A program made the translations under genes and the position numbers. DNA of 64,000 bases from Candidatus Azotimanducaceae bacterium (GTDB lineage Bacteria; Pseudomonadota; Gammaproteobacteria; Pseudomonadales; Azotimanducaceae): NCBI GenBank assembly GCA_965233675.1, contig OZ247498.1, positions 2,205,824 to 2,269,823 of the forward strand. Reading direction: 5' to 3'. This document shows positions 37,902 through 46,523 of the stretch, piece by piece. The number at the start of each line of letters is the position of its first letter. Position 1 is the stretch's first letter. The notes beneath the pieces are model-generated. The model searched no databases. It had not been told where the DNA came from and saw only the letters and a list, made by a program, of their open reading frames with translations.

Positions 37902-39109
37902 GAGGTGGTCACCCTGGGCAGACAGAAGGCGGCATCCAGCTGCCGGACCAGATCGTCAGGCGCATCGAAATCAGGCGCCACCAGTTGTTCCGTGGCATTC
38001 GCGATACCGAAAAACAGGCGGCTGAACGTGTTGATGCTGGCGGTCAGAGCAGGCAATCCGATTCGGGTGCCTGGCTGAGCGTCCGACCGCTCACCAATGC
38101 GCACCACATACTCACCCCCCGTACCCTGCCAGCCATCCCCATCCAGAAAGTTCGAGACAGGATCATCGAGCAGCAGATTGAACTCGAAGGCCGGGCCGCG
38201 CCAGCTGAAGCCCGCCAGACAGGCCGCCACGTCGAGGAGCCGGATCTGCCACCAGGCAGCACTCCGATGTACGTTCTCGAACGTGGACCGATGCGTGTTG
38301 CGCCGATTCCGGAAAGGCTGCTTGAGCAGCGATTGCAGCTGAACATGGGCAGGCTCGGGCATCGCGAAGCTGGACACCTGATCACCAAGCGATTTGATCA
38401 GTGCCAGCAACTCCATCAGCTCGTCTATGCTGCGGTAAGCCATGAAGCTGATCTCATACGGACCATGCTCGTCCTTGGCTTCCGCCCAGAAGAAATGCGT
38501 CAACCGCTTGTCTTCGTAGTAACCGAGCCCGAAGCCGTTATCGTGCCAGCCGAGTTCACCTTTCATGATGATGGGCGGATCGAGCACAACGGCGCCATGA
38601 TGCTTCATGCGCCCGACCAGAGCGCCGTGAATGTCTGCCCAGCTGTCATTGGTAAGCCGGGCCGGTACTCGGAACGGCACATCCACAGTCAGGGTGGTCG
38701 GGTCAAACCGGATCGTATGCTCATAGGCGCCGGTACCGAACCCGACCTGATCATAAAATCCCTGATCAAACATGCCGAGGGCAGCCACCTCGGCGCCTTC
38801 CCCGGCGGCAGTAGCCAGCTGCTGCGCCGTCATCACCCGGGCGAAACCCTGCTTGCGGGCGATCCGGCTGGTGGTAACTGCCGTCACCGCGCAGAGTTTC
38901 AGCGGCTTTTCCAGATGCTGCATGGTGCCCGGCACGGTGTGCACCTGACATTCCGGCGTCCCGTCGAGGCAACCGACAATGCAGCGGCCGGTGCCGAGAA
39001 AGTCTTTGACGAAGCCGGCCTGGGTTTCGTTCTCGACCCAGCCGCATTCATACCAGATGCGCTCGACCGCTCGAATGTCTTCCTTGAGATCGATCGGTCG
39101 AATATCCAT
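37889..39109 (-). CDS. Eis-like GNAT acetyltransferase with C-terminal SCP2-like domain
   Basis: Start moved to ATG 39109 (MDIRPIDLKEDIRAV...). GNAT core ...SRIARKQGFARVM.... Length and domain order match Eis-family proteins (recall). Confidence 0.65.
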   Translation of the reverse strand: MDIRPIDLKEDIRAVERIWYECGWVENETQAGFVKDFLGTGRCIVGCLDGTPECQVHTVPGTMQHLEKPLKLCAVTAVTTSRIARKQGFARVMTAQQLATAAGEGAEVAALGMFDQGFYDQVGFGTGAYEHTIRFDPTTLTVDVPFRVPARLTNDSWADIHGALVGRMKHHGAVVLDPPIIMKGELGWHDNGFGLGYYEDKRLTHFFWAEAKDEHGPYEISFMAYRSIDELMELLALIKSLGDQVSSFAMPEPAHVQLQSLLKQPFRNRRNTHRSTFENVHRSAAWWQIRLLDVAACLAGFSWRGPAFEFNLLLDDPVSNFLDGDGWQGTGGEYVVRIGERSDAQPGTRIGLPALTASINTFSRLFFGIANATEQLVAPDFDAPDDLVRQLDAAFCLPRVTTSWDF

Positions 39110-39128
39110 CAGGTGTGCAGCCTCATCA

Positions 39129-39599
39129 TCAGAAAACCAGTCGGGCAAGACTTTCGGCGACCACGCAGGGCTTTTCGGAACCCTGCACCTCAACGACCAC
39201 TTCGTTCATGGTTTCGATCATAGAGCCTTTGATCTCCACCCGCTTCAGTGTGCTGGTGGTACGGATCTTCGCCCCAACCGGAACCGGCGACGGGAAACGG
39301 ATCTTGTCGAAGCCGTAATTGATGGTCAGCTTCTGCCCCGGCAGTTGCGGCAGACTCTCTGCATTTTCCGGCTTCGGCAGGAAGCTCATGATCGACAGCG
39401 TCAGTTGGCCATGCGCGATCGGTCCACCGAACGGCCCGGCTTTGGCGCGCTCAGGATCGATGTGAATCCACTGGTGATCCATGGTCACATCGGCGAAATC
39501 GTTCACCCGATCCTGTGTGATTTCGAACCACTCCGAGGGCGTGTTGCTCTCGCCGATACGTGCGCTGAGTGTCTCGTAGGCGTTTTCGATGTCTGACAT
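39129..39599 (-). CDS. MaoC-like (R)-specific enoyl-CoA hydratase / hotdog dehydratase
   Basis: Start at ATG 39599. Hotdog-fold motif FADVTMDHQWIHIDPERA...GPIAHG. Confidence 0.85.
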   Translation of the reverse strand: MSDIENAYETLSARIGESNTPSEWFEITQDRVNDFADVTMDHQWIHIDPERAKAGPFGGPIAHGQLTLSIMSFLPKPENAESLPQLPGQKLTINYGFDKIRFPSPVPVGAKIRTTSTLKRVEIKGSMIETMNEVVVEVQGSEKPCVVAESLARLVF

Positions 39600-39704
39600 G
39601 ATCTTCCGGATCCCCAAAATTCTAAAGCGACATTATGCACAACGCTCCGGGAGGCGGCACCACCCGGCAGGCGTGGGTATTCGGCTGGCTGTGCCAGGGC
39701 CAGT

Positions 39705-39769
39705 CAGTTCCAAGGACAGGCAGTTCCAAGGACAGGCAGTTCCAGGGACAGAGCGTTCTAAGGCGCAGG
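39705..39769. repeat. 16-bp tandem repeat x3 plus one degenerate copy overlapping the NUDIX gene stop codon
   Basis: cagttccaaggacagg / cagttccaaggacagg / cagttccagggacaga / gcgttctaaggcgcagg. The cta at 39758-39760 is the NUDIX stop. Confidence 0.85.
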
Positions 39770-40546
39770 CACAACAGGCCGGAATACGGCAAATTCCTGC
39801 AACCCATGCAGCCAGTCGATCAGGGCTTTGTGCGAATTCTGCTCGGCCAGCAGTTCGAGCTGCATTCTGGTCACCCGCATCAGGTCGAATTCACCGGCTT
39901 CGTTTCGGGCAATGGCATCGAGGGGTGATATCCAGATGCTGTCCACCGTTTCCTTCTCATCATGCACGCCCGATTGCCCCGGGGGCGCTTCGGCAAGGAA
40001 AAAGCGGGTATCGAATCGGCGCGGACGACCCTCCGGCGTGACGAATCGATTGACGAAGTGAATGTGGTCCACGGCGAGCTTGAGATTTTCCCGCTCGCAG
40101 ATTTCAAGCAGGCTGAGGGTGCCATCGTGGAGAGGGTCCCGATAGCTGTGAAATCGCGCCTTATTATCTTCATCGTAGGCAAGCAACTCACCTTCGGCGG
40201 TGTAAGCAAGCAGCAGGCCTGCCTCCTCGAAGCTCTCCCTGATTCCCGCCACCCAGTAGCCGCGCCATTCTGTGCCCAGGGCCGCCTGCTGAGGCGCTTG
40301 AAAGTCGGAGGGACCACGGCGATGGGCGTCGTACTTATGCAGATGATCATCCCCGTCGACCTTGCCGCCCGGAAAGACGTACATTCCCCCGGCAAAAGCG
40401 GCACCGCGCGTTCGGCGAAGCATGAAGATCTGGAAACCACAGGGCGCGGCAGGCGCTTCCCGGGCGATGATGACGGTGGCTGCCGGTTTAATCGGCTGCA
40501 CAGCAGCGGAAGGCGCAGCCATCCTGTCGGATCCCGAATTCGTCAT
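39758..40546 (-). CDS. NUDIX hydrolase
   Basis: 262 aa. Nudix box GGKVDGDD...GIRESFEEAGLL. Start overlaps the upstream gene's stop by 4 nt. Confidence 0.8.
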   Translation of the reverse strand: MTNSGSDRMAAPSAAVQPIKPAATVIIAREAPAAPCGFQIFMLRRTRGAAFAGGMYVFPGGKVDGDDHLHKYDAHRRGPSDFQAPQQAALGTEWRGYWVAGIRESFEEAGLLLAYTAEGELLAYDEDNKARFHSYRDPLHDGTLSLLEICERENLKLAVDHIHFVNRFVTPEGRPRRFDTRFFLAEAPPGQSGVHDEKETVDSIWISPLDAIARNEAGEFDLMRVTRMQLELLAEQNSHKALIDWLHGLQEFAVFRPVVPAP

Positions 40547-41244
40547 AGCACAGGCTTACTTGCTGAGTCCGGATAGCGCTTCTCTCCGGCCCGGATCGGT
40601 ACGGTCAGCCGATTCTCCGGCGGCGGAATCGGGCAGGCGTACGACGGATCATAGGCGCAGAGCGGGTTCATGGCCCGGTTGAAATCGAGCACGGGCGTGC
40701 CGGGCAGCGGCAGCGCAAGCTCGATGTAGCGTCCACCGGCGTAGGTTTCCCGGCCATTGGTCGAATCACGGAATGGCACCAGCAGCAGGTTGGTTGCCCT
40801 ACCCGGTTCTGCCCGGCGAAATGCTTTGAGATGCACGGGGTGTCCATCAAGCGTGACGCGCAGCGTGCCGTAGTGGGCATAGCGCAGCGTCCGGTGATCG
40901 AAGGTCGGCATGGCGAACACGCTGCGGTCGGCAGCCCGTTCGAACAGCGCCGTCAGGGCGAGCTCCGGTGCCGGCTCGAAGTAGTCGAGCCCCTGAAACT
41001 CCGCCCGATCCGCTGCGGATAAAGGCGAGAGGATCCGATCCCGGAACCGGAAGTCCACGTTGTCCCGGAAACGCAGCAACCGGTTGAGATAATCCGGTTC
41101 GTGGCCCGGTCCGCTCGCAACCGCCGAACCATCAGGCCGGGCCGGCGTCTGCCCGTCAACCAGCGACGATGCCAGCAGCAGGGCGATGACCATCGCTGTC
41201 TGCACACAGCGCGCGTCGGGCCAGCGTCTAGAGCGACCAGCCAT
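40543..41244 (-). CDS. DUF1684-domain protein, probably exported
   Basis: GGRYIEL and NRAMNPLCAYDPSYACPIPPPENRL are DUF1684 signatures (recall). The start is ambiguous: ATG 41244 overlaps the upstream gene by 17 nt, and 41193 is the alternative. Confidence 0.7.
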   Translation of the reverse strand: MAGRSRRWPDARCVQTAMVIALLLASSLVDGQTPARPDGSAVASGPGHEPDYLNRLLRFRDNVDFRFRDRILSPLSAADRAEFQGLDYFEPAPELALTALFERAADRSVFAMPTFDHRTLRYAHYGTLRVTLDGHPVHLKAFRRAEPGRATNLLLVPFRDSTNGRETYAGGRYIELALPLPGTPVLDFNRAMNPLCAYDPSYACPIPPPENRLTVPIRAGEKRYPDSASKPVL

Positions 41245-41881
41245 CTGTGCCTGGTGCCTTGTTGAGCCGGACCTCGCCTCGATCGGTGTCGATGATGGCC
41301 GTGATCTCTTCGCTCGCTGCCGCCTCCGCCACCATCCGCATGCCCAGCCCGGAGTAGACCGCATTCAGTCCATCCGCGTCCGGCGTGCGGATTTCCAGCG
41401 CCCGATACCGGCCCGCTACCGGATTCGTCGTGGCCGGGTGAGGCGTTTCCAGCCAGTCGATAAAAAACGGCACCAGTCCGGGGAAACGATGACCGCCCAG
41501 GAACAGCAGTTCCCATTGCAGGAGATCCCCATCCGGGGTACGCCGTCGGCTGGCCACCGGACCTCGTGCGGTGATCTCCATACCGGCGGCCCGCTCGGCT
41601 ACTGCCGCGAGTCCGGACGCAGCCGCCGCCCAGGTGATCAGACCACAGCTTTCGAGCCCGGCGATGCGCTCGCCGAACGTGCCGGCCAGATCCTGATTCG
41701 GATCCGGTGCGATGATCTCGAGATAGTGGCGCTCCCCCAGCGAAAGCAGCGCGTTCTGCGTACCAACCCCCGGATGCACGCCGCCGGGTGCCGGCACCAC
41801 GCCGAACAGCCGTTCTGCCTCTGCCATTCCCGCTTCCAGAGTCGGCGCGCCCCACATCAGATGGTCCAGCTCGATCGCCAT
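41228..41881 (-). CDS. VOC/glyoxalase-like-domain protein
   Basis: Start moved to ATG 41881 (MAIELDHLMWGAPTLEAGMAEAERLFG...HYLEIIAPDP). Confidence 0.7.
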   Translation of the reverse strand: MAIELDHLMWGAPTLEAGMAEAERLFGVVPAPGGVHPGVGTQNALLSLGERHYLEIIAPDPNQDLAGTFGERIAGLESCGLITWAAAASGLAAVAERAAGMEITARGPVASRRRTPDGDLLQWELLFLGGHRFPGLVPFFIDWLETPHPATTNPVAGRYRALEIRTPDADGLNAVYSGLGMRMVAEAAASEEITAIIDTDRGEVRLNKAPGTDGWSL

Positions 41882-41948
41882 GCCTGCCCCTGTTACTTCG
41901 ACGATCACAATGTATATTGGCCCCAGACCAAGGGGAAGCGGGGACACA

Positions 41949-42302
41949 GTGTCGAGCAGAGACAATGCGCCGGACAATGCGCCGGACAATGCGCCGGACA
42001 ACGCGCCGGACAACGCGCCGGACGATGGAAACGGCGAAGACCGGCAACGGCAGATCAATAACCAGGCTTACTGGCGCGCCAACCTGAAACTGGGCGGGGT
42101 ACTGCTGTGCATCTGGTTTCTGGTGTCATTCGGCTTCGGCATTCTGCTGGTGGAGCCGCTCAATCAGATTCCCTTCTTTGGTTTCAAGCTTGGTTTCTGG
42201 TGGGCTCAGCAGGGCGCGATCTATGTGTTCATCGTGCTGATCTTCGTCTACGCCTGGGCGATGAAGCGCATTGACCGCAAATACGACGTCCACGACGACT
42301 AG
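41949..42302 (+). CDS. DUF4212 small membrane subunit of the sodium:solute symporter, with an N-terminal (DNAP)5 repeat
   Basis: The core QAYWRANLKLGGVLLCIWFLVSFGFGILLVEPLN...GFKLGFWWAQQGAIYVFIVLIFVYAW is the DUF4212 signature. Start uncertain: GTG 41949, ATG 41910 or the track's 41880. Confidence 0.7.
   Translation: MSSRDNAPDNAPDNAPDNAPDNAPDDGNGEDRQRQINNQAYWRANLKLGGVLLCIWFLVSFGFGILLVEPLNQIPFFGFKLGFWWAQQGAIYVFIVLIFVYAWAMKRIDRKYDVHDD
41961..42020. repeat. 12-bp tandem repeat x5 (gacaatgcgccg / gacaacgcgccg)
   Basis: Five in-frame units encoding DNAP, followed by a partial unit gacgatgg. Confidence 0.95.
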
Positions 42303-42314
42303 GAACCCGCACGC

Positions 42315-43919
42315 ATGGACGTAAAACTGCTCACCTACCTCTTCGTCGGACTCTCGTTCGGGCTCTACATCGGTATCGCCATCTGGTCCCGGGCAGCCTC
42401 CACAAAGGAGTTCTATGTGGCCGGCGGCCACGTGCATCCGATCGCCAACGGCATGGCCACCGCTGCAGACTGGATGAGCGCGGCCTCATTCATCTCCATG
42501 GCCGGGATCATTGCCTTCATGGGCTACGACGGCACGGTCTACCTGATGGGCTGGACGGGCGGTTATGTGGTTCTCGCACTGCTGCTCGCACCCTATCTGC
42601 GCAAGTTCGGGGAGTTCACCGTGCCCGACTTCATCGGCAGCCGCTACTATGGCAACACTGCCCGGGTGGTCGCCGTGATCTGCCTGATTGTCGTTTCGTT
42701 CACCTATGTTGCCGGTCAGATGCGTGGCGTCGGTATCGTTTTCTCCCAGTTTCTGGACGTGGACATCACCGCAGGCGTGATCATCGGCATGGCGGTCGTT
42801 TTCATGTACGCCGTACTGGGTGGCATGAAAGGGATCACCTATACACAGGTGGCCCAGTACTGCGTGCTGATGTTCGCCTATCTGGTGCCGGCCATCTTTA
42901 TTTCCATGCTGATCACCGGCGTGCCGGTGCCCCAGTTCGGTCTTGGCGCCAACGCGGTGGGGGAATCGATCCCCGTACTGCAGAAGCTGGATAACACGCT
43001 GGTGGAACTGGGCTTCGGCCCTTATACGGAAGGCGCCAAAAGCACCATCGACGTGTTTGCCATCACCATGGCGCTCATGATCGGCACCGCCGGTCTGCCC
43101 CACGTGATCGTGCGCTTCTTTACCGTGCCCAAGGTATCCGATGCCCGCAAGTCAGCCGGCTACGCGCTGCTGTTCATTGCCCTGCTCTACACCACTGCGC
43201 CGGCGGTGGGCGCCTTCGCACGGCTCAACTTTATCGACACCGTCCACGACCATGCCTATTCGGAAACGGCCTCCTGGTTCCGGAGTTGGGAGAACATCGG
43301 CCTGATCGGCTGGCTGGACAAAAATGGCGATGGCGAAATCCAGTACGGGCCCGGCGCCCCCTTCACAGGGGCGCCCGCGTTCAAAGAAGAACGTGGGCCT
43401 CAGGGCGAACGGCTGGTGGCCAACACCCCAACCGACACCACCAACGAGGTCTACGTGGATCGGGACATCATGGTGCTGGCCAATCCGGAGATCGCCGCCC
43501 TGCCCGCCTGGGTGATCGCCCTAGTTGCCGCCGGTGGACTCGCGGCTGCGCTGTCCACCGCCGCGGGCCTGCTGCTCGTGATTTCCACCTCCGTTTCTCA
43601 TGACCTGATCAAGAAGACCCTGGCCCGTGGGATCAGCGACCGGCTGGAACTGCTCTATGCCCGCGTCGCGGCGGCGCTGGCCATCGTGGTGGCCGGTTAT
43701 CTCGGCATCAATCCGCCGGGCTTCGTGGCCCAGGTGGTCGCATTCGCCTTCGGTCTCGCCGCCGCATCTCTGTTCCCGGCCATCCTCATGGGTATTTTCT
43801 CCCTGAAGATGAACCGGGAAGGCGCCGTGGCGGGGATGCTGGCCGGGCTCATATTCACCTTTGCCTACATCGTCTTCTTCAAGTTCGTCGCACCCGAGTC
43901 GAATAACGCGGCGCACTGA
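42315..43919 (+). CDS. sodium:solute symporter (SSS family, DUF4212-associated type), terminated prematurely by an in-frame TGA
   Basis: 534 aa and polytopic. Follows its small subunit by 12 nt. Ends at TGA 43917-43919, although the family C-terminus continues in the same frame (see next feature). Confidence 0.9.
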   Translation: MDVKLLTYLFVGLSFGLYIGIAIWSRAASTKEFYVAGGHVHPIANGMATAADWMSAASFISMAGIIAFMGYDGTVYLMGWTGGYVVLALLLAPYLRKFGEFTVPDFIGSRYYGNTARVVAVICLIVVSFTYVAGQMRGVGIVFSQFLDVDITAGVIIGMAVVFMYAVLGGMKGITYTQVAQYCVLMFAYLVPAIFISMLITGVPVPQFGLGANAVGESIPVLQKLDNTLVELGFGPYTEGAKSTIDVFAITMALMIGTAGLPHVIVRFFTVPKVSDARKSAGYALLFIALLYTTAPAVGAFARLNFIDTVHDHAYSETASWFRSWENIGLIGWLDKNGDGEIQYGPGAPFTGAPAFKEERGPQGERLVANTPTDTTNEVYVDRDIMVLANPEIAALPAWVIALVAAGGLAAALSTAAGLLLVISTSVSHDLIKKTLARGISDRLELLYARVAAALAIVVAGYLGINPPGFVAQVVAFAFGLAAASLFPAILMGIFSLKMNREGAVAGMLAGLIFTFAYIVFFKFVAPESNNAAH

Positions 43920-44084
43920 TGGTTCGGGATTTCACCGGAAGGTATCGGTGCCCTCGGCGCGCTGCTCAACTTCGTGACCGCGGCCGCGGTGGCCCGGTTC
44001 ACCGCCCCCGTACCCGACGAGGTGCAGGCCCTCGTGCATCGGATCCGGGTTCCGCGTGGTGTCGATACACCGCATACTCACTGA
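43920..44084 (+). other. in-frame continuation of the symporter reading frame after the TGA (last helix and conserved tail)
   Basis: 54 sense codons in the same frame: WFGISPEGIGALGALLNFVTAAAVARFTAPVPDEVQALVHRIRVPRGVDTPHTH, then TGA at 44082-44084. Confidence 0.75.
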
Positions 44085-44102
44085 CCATTCGAGGAGCAGC
44101 GC

Positions 44103-44576
44103 TTGAGCAAAGTCACCGACATCATCGCCGACGTTCACCACCTGTTCGGGCACGAGGTTGGGGTATCGGACTGGGTGCTCATCGATCAGCAGAAGATCGA
44201 CGACCACGCCCGGTCCACCAGCGATGACAGCTGGATGCACACGGACCCTGCCCGCACCGCGGAAGAATCGCCGTTCGGCAAACCCATCGCTCAATCCTTC
44301 CTGGTGCTCGCCTGCCTCACCGATATGGTGGCAGCGGTCGAGATCCCGATTCCCGGTATCGTCTACCGGCAGAACTATGGATTTGATCGGGTCCGTATCG
44401 TTCAGCCGGTGATGGTCGACAGTCGGATCCGCGGGCGTTTCGAGCTGAATCGAATCGAACCGAAAGGTCCTCACGGCATGCTGGTGCATCTGGATGTGTC
44501 CATCGAGATCGAGGACGACGACATCGCGCCGGCCGTCGTGGCGGAGTGGCTGGCCTATGTGCGTGTTGCCGACTGA
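44103..44576 (+). CDS. MaoC-like hotdog dehydratase
   Basis: 157 aa with a TTG start after GAGGAG. Motif DDHARSTSDDSWMHTDPARTAEESPFGKPIAQSF. Confidence 0.85.
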   Translation: MSKVTDIIADVHHLFGHEVGVSDWVLIDQQKIDDHARSTSDDSWMHTDPARTAEESPFGKPIAQSFLVLACLTDMVAAVEIPIPGIVYRQNYGFDRVRIVQPVMVDSRIRGRFELNRIEPKGPHGMLVHLDVSIEIEDDDIAPAVVAEWLAYVRVAD

Positions 44577-44600
44577 TTTCACGACCCGGATGAGCGCACC

Positions 44601-45587
44601 ATGCCGACCACAGAATCCGGGCAGCCGGCAGCGCCGCTGAAAAGCAACAAGCCGAACCTGGGCAGCAAGACGGTAGCGGCCTGGCTGAATCAACATCTCG
44701 GCATTCCGGTCGCTGACGTTCAGCCCCTGGCGGGCGGTTTCTGGTCCGCTGCATTCGCCTACGAACACCAGGGCGAGGCGTTCGTTGTGCGGTTCAACGA
44801 AAACGCCGAAGGCTTCCGGATCGATCAGGCCGCCCACGCATTCGCCAGCACCGGCCTGCCGGTTCCCGAAGTGTTCGAGATCGGTGAGGCGCTGGGTCTG
44901 TCCTATGCCATCAGCCGTCGTCACCATGGCCGCTTTCTGGAATCCGTGCCGCCGGAGGCGGCGCCGCAACTGGAACCCGCACTCGCTGAGATGTTCCGCC
45001 AGCTACGCCAGGTACGTGGAACCGGGCGCGTTGAATGGTACAACCCATCGAGCACGAACTCCTGGCATGACTACCTGCTACGCGGTATCCGCCATGACTC
45101 CGGCAGACCTCAGGACAGGGTTCAGCAACTGCTGGATGCCCGGCCGGCACTGGGCGGGCTCTACCAGTCGGCCTGCAGACGCATCGAGGCACTCCTGCCG
45201 CTCTGCCCGGAACGCCGTGACCTCGTCCATGGCGATCTTCTTCATCAGAACGTGCTGGTGTCTGAATCCGCAGACAGGATTCAGGCCGTGTTTTCCTGGA
45301 AGTGCTCGGCCTTTGGCGATTTCCTGTATGACGTTGCCTGGTGCACGCACTGGTCACCCTGGCATCCCGGCATCGCTGCCCTCGACATCTTCGCACTGGC
45401 TCTGGCAGCAGATGATCTGGATAGCGAGGCGCGCAGGCATCTGGCTGAACGTCATCACTGCTACGAGTTGCAGATTGCGACGTCCCACATCGGCTGGTAT
45501 CTGTGGACGAAGGATGAAGAAAACCTGGCGCTTCTGGTCGAGGGTCTGCGTGGGCGCCTCGACCGTGGGCCTCGGGCCATCAGCTGA
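44601..45587 (+). CDS. phosphotransferase-family protein (APH-like kinase)
   Basis: 328 aa with catalytic loop LVHGDLLHQNVLV. Confidence 0.8.
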   Translation: MPTTESGQPAAPLKSNKPNLGSKTVAAWLNQHLGIPVADVQPLAGGFWSAAFAYEHQGEAFVVRFNENAEGFRIDQAAHAFASTGLPVPEVFEIGEALGLSYAISRRHHGRFLESVPPEAAPQLEPALAEMFRQLRQVRGTGRVEWYNPSSTNSWHDYLLRGIRHDSGRPQDRVQQLLDARPALGGLYQSACRRIEALLPLCPERRDLVHGDLLHQNVLVSESADRIQAVFSWKCSAFGDFLYDVAWCTHWSPWHPGIAALDIFALALAADDLDSEARRHLAERHHCYELQIATSHIGWYLWTKDEENLALLVEGLRGRLDRGPRAIS

Positions 45588-46479
45588 GCGTATTCGTCGA
45601 GCCCGCCAGCATCCAGGCAATCAGAATCAGACTGAGGGCCGTAAAACCGCAGAGCTTCTGGCCAATCCGGCCCAACCAGCGGATCGGCCAGTCCGCAGCC
45701 CAGAGGCCGAGTCCGAGTCCGGCGGCGAAGCCGGTGATGTGCGCCAGCACGTCCGTCCGTTCGCCGCCGACGCCGGTGAACGACAACAGAGCAATGGCTG
45801 CAAACAGCGGCGCAAAAGCACGACGCCAGCCCCGTCCCCGGAAATAACCCCGGCGCCAGACGAAGGCACTCGACAACGACAAGGCAGCGAATGTCGCCGT
45901 GCTCGCGCCGAGGGACATGAACTCCGCCGGACGCAGGGTCGCGGCAACCAGGTTACCCAGCGTGCCTCCGAGCAGGATCAGCAGCCAGGCCAGCCCGGAG
46001 CCCATGAATCGGCCGGCAAACAGACCGAACACAGCGCCGAATGCGGAGTTGCCGATGATGTGACCGAGATCGCCGTGCAGGGTAAGTGCCGTGACGGTCC
46101 GCCACCACTCGCCGTCCATCACCGCGCCCGCTTCCACGCGGCCGATGACGCGCCAGTCCCAGCCCAGAAAGCCAATGTTCTCGAAAAATGGAATAGCCCA
46201 GATCACCATGAGAAATCCGAGCACACCGATCACCCCGTTGTCGATCTGATCCGGCACCGGCGCAGGGGGCGGTGGCAGATTCTCCAACCGGTATTTCTCC
46301 AGATGGGCAATGGCTTCAGGCGCCTGCGCATCCGGCACTTTGATGCACCAGTCGTGCTCGTCCCGGATCACCACATGCGGCACGTCCACGGCTGTCAGAA
46401 CGAGGCTCGCTTCCATCAGCCGGCGCCGGGTGGCGCCGCGACGGATCGGTCGCCAGGCATCGTAATCGTGATGAGTCAT
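45580..46479 (-). CDS. rhomboid-family intramembrane serine protease
   Basis: 299 aa. HGDLGHIIGN (H-x4-H-x3-N) and GASTATFA (GxSxxxF) motifs. N-terminal cytoplasmic domain. Confidence 0.8.
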   Translation of the reverse strand: MTHHDYDAWRPIRRGATRRRLMEASLVLTAVDVPHVVIRDEHDWCIKVPDAQAPEAIAHLEKYRLENLPPPPAPVPDQIDNGVIGVLGFLMVIWAIPFFENIGFLGWDWRVIGRVEAGAVMDGEWWRTVTALTLHGDLGHIIGNSAFGAVFGLFAGRFMGSGLAWLLILLGGTLGNLVAATLRPAEFMSLGASTATFAALSLSSAFVWRRGYFRGRGWRRAFAPLFAAIALLSFTGVGGERTDVLAHITGFAAGLGLGLWAADWPIRWLGRIGQKLCGFTALSLILIAWMLAGSTNTLS

Positions 46480-46523
46480 GGGGCGATGTCAGCCGCTGCC
46501 GGCGGCACGATCTTCAGAACGGA

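Noticed and set aside
37985-39223. 412-aa plus-strand ORF antisense to the Eis-like GNAT. Similar long antisense ORFs occur at 5510..6499, 8263..9342, 32814..33905, 40953..42047, 61196..62056, 61989..63020 and 63104..63982.
   Set aside because: Each is the mirror frame of a motif-supported gene and has low-complexity composition. None has its own SD-preceded start that is separate from the overlapped gene.
41961-42020. Whether the short tandem arrays here and at 34553, 39705 and 12763 are CRISPR arrays.
   Set aside because: The units are contiguous with no spacers, are 8-21 bp long, and no cas genes are present. They are mini- or microsatellites.
43917-43919. The in-frame TGA in the symporter as a selenocysteine codon.
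   Set aside because: I see no convincing SECIS-like hairpin in the roughly 40 nt downstream. The surrounding conserved segment is a membrane-helix boundary rich in Trp, not a redox Cys/Sec site, and no selenoprotein of this family is known to me. A nonsense mutation, an error or Trp readthrough are more likely.
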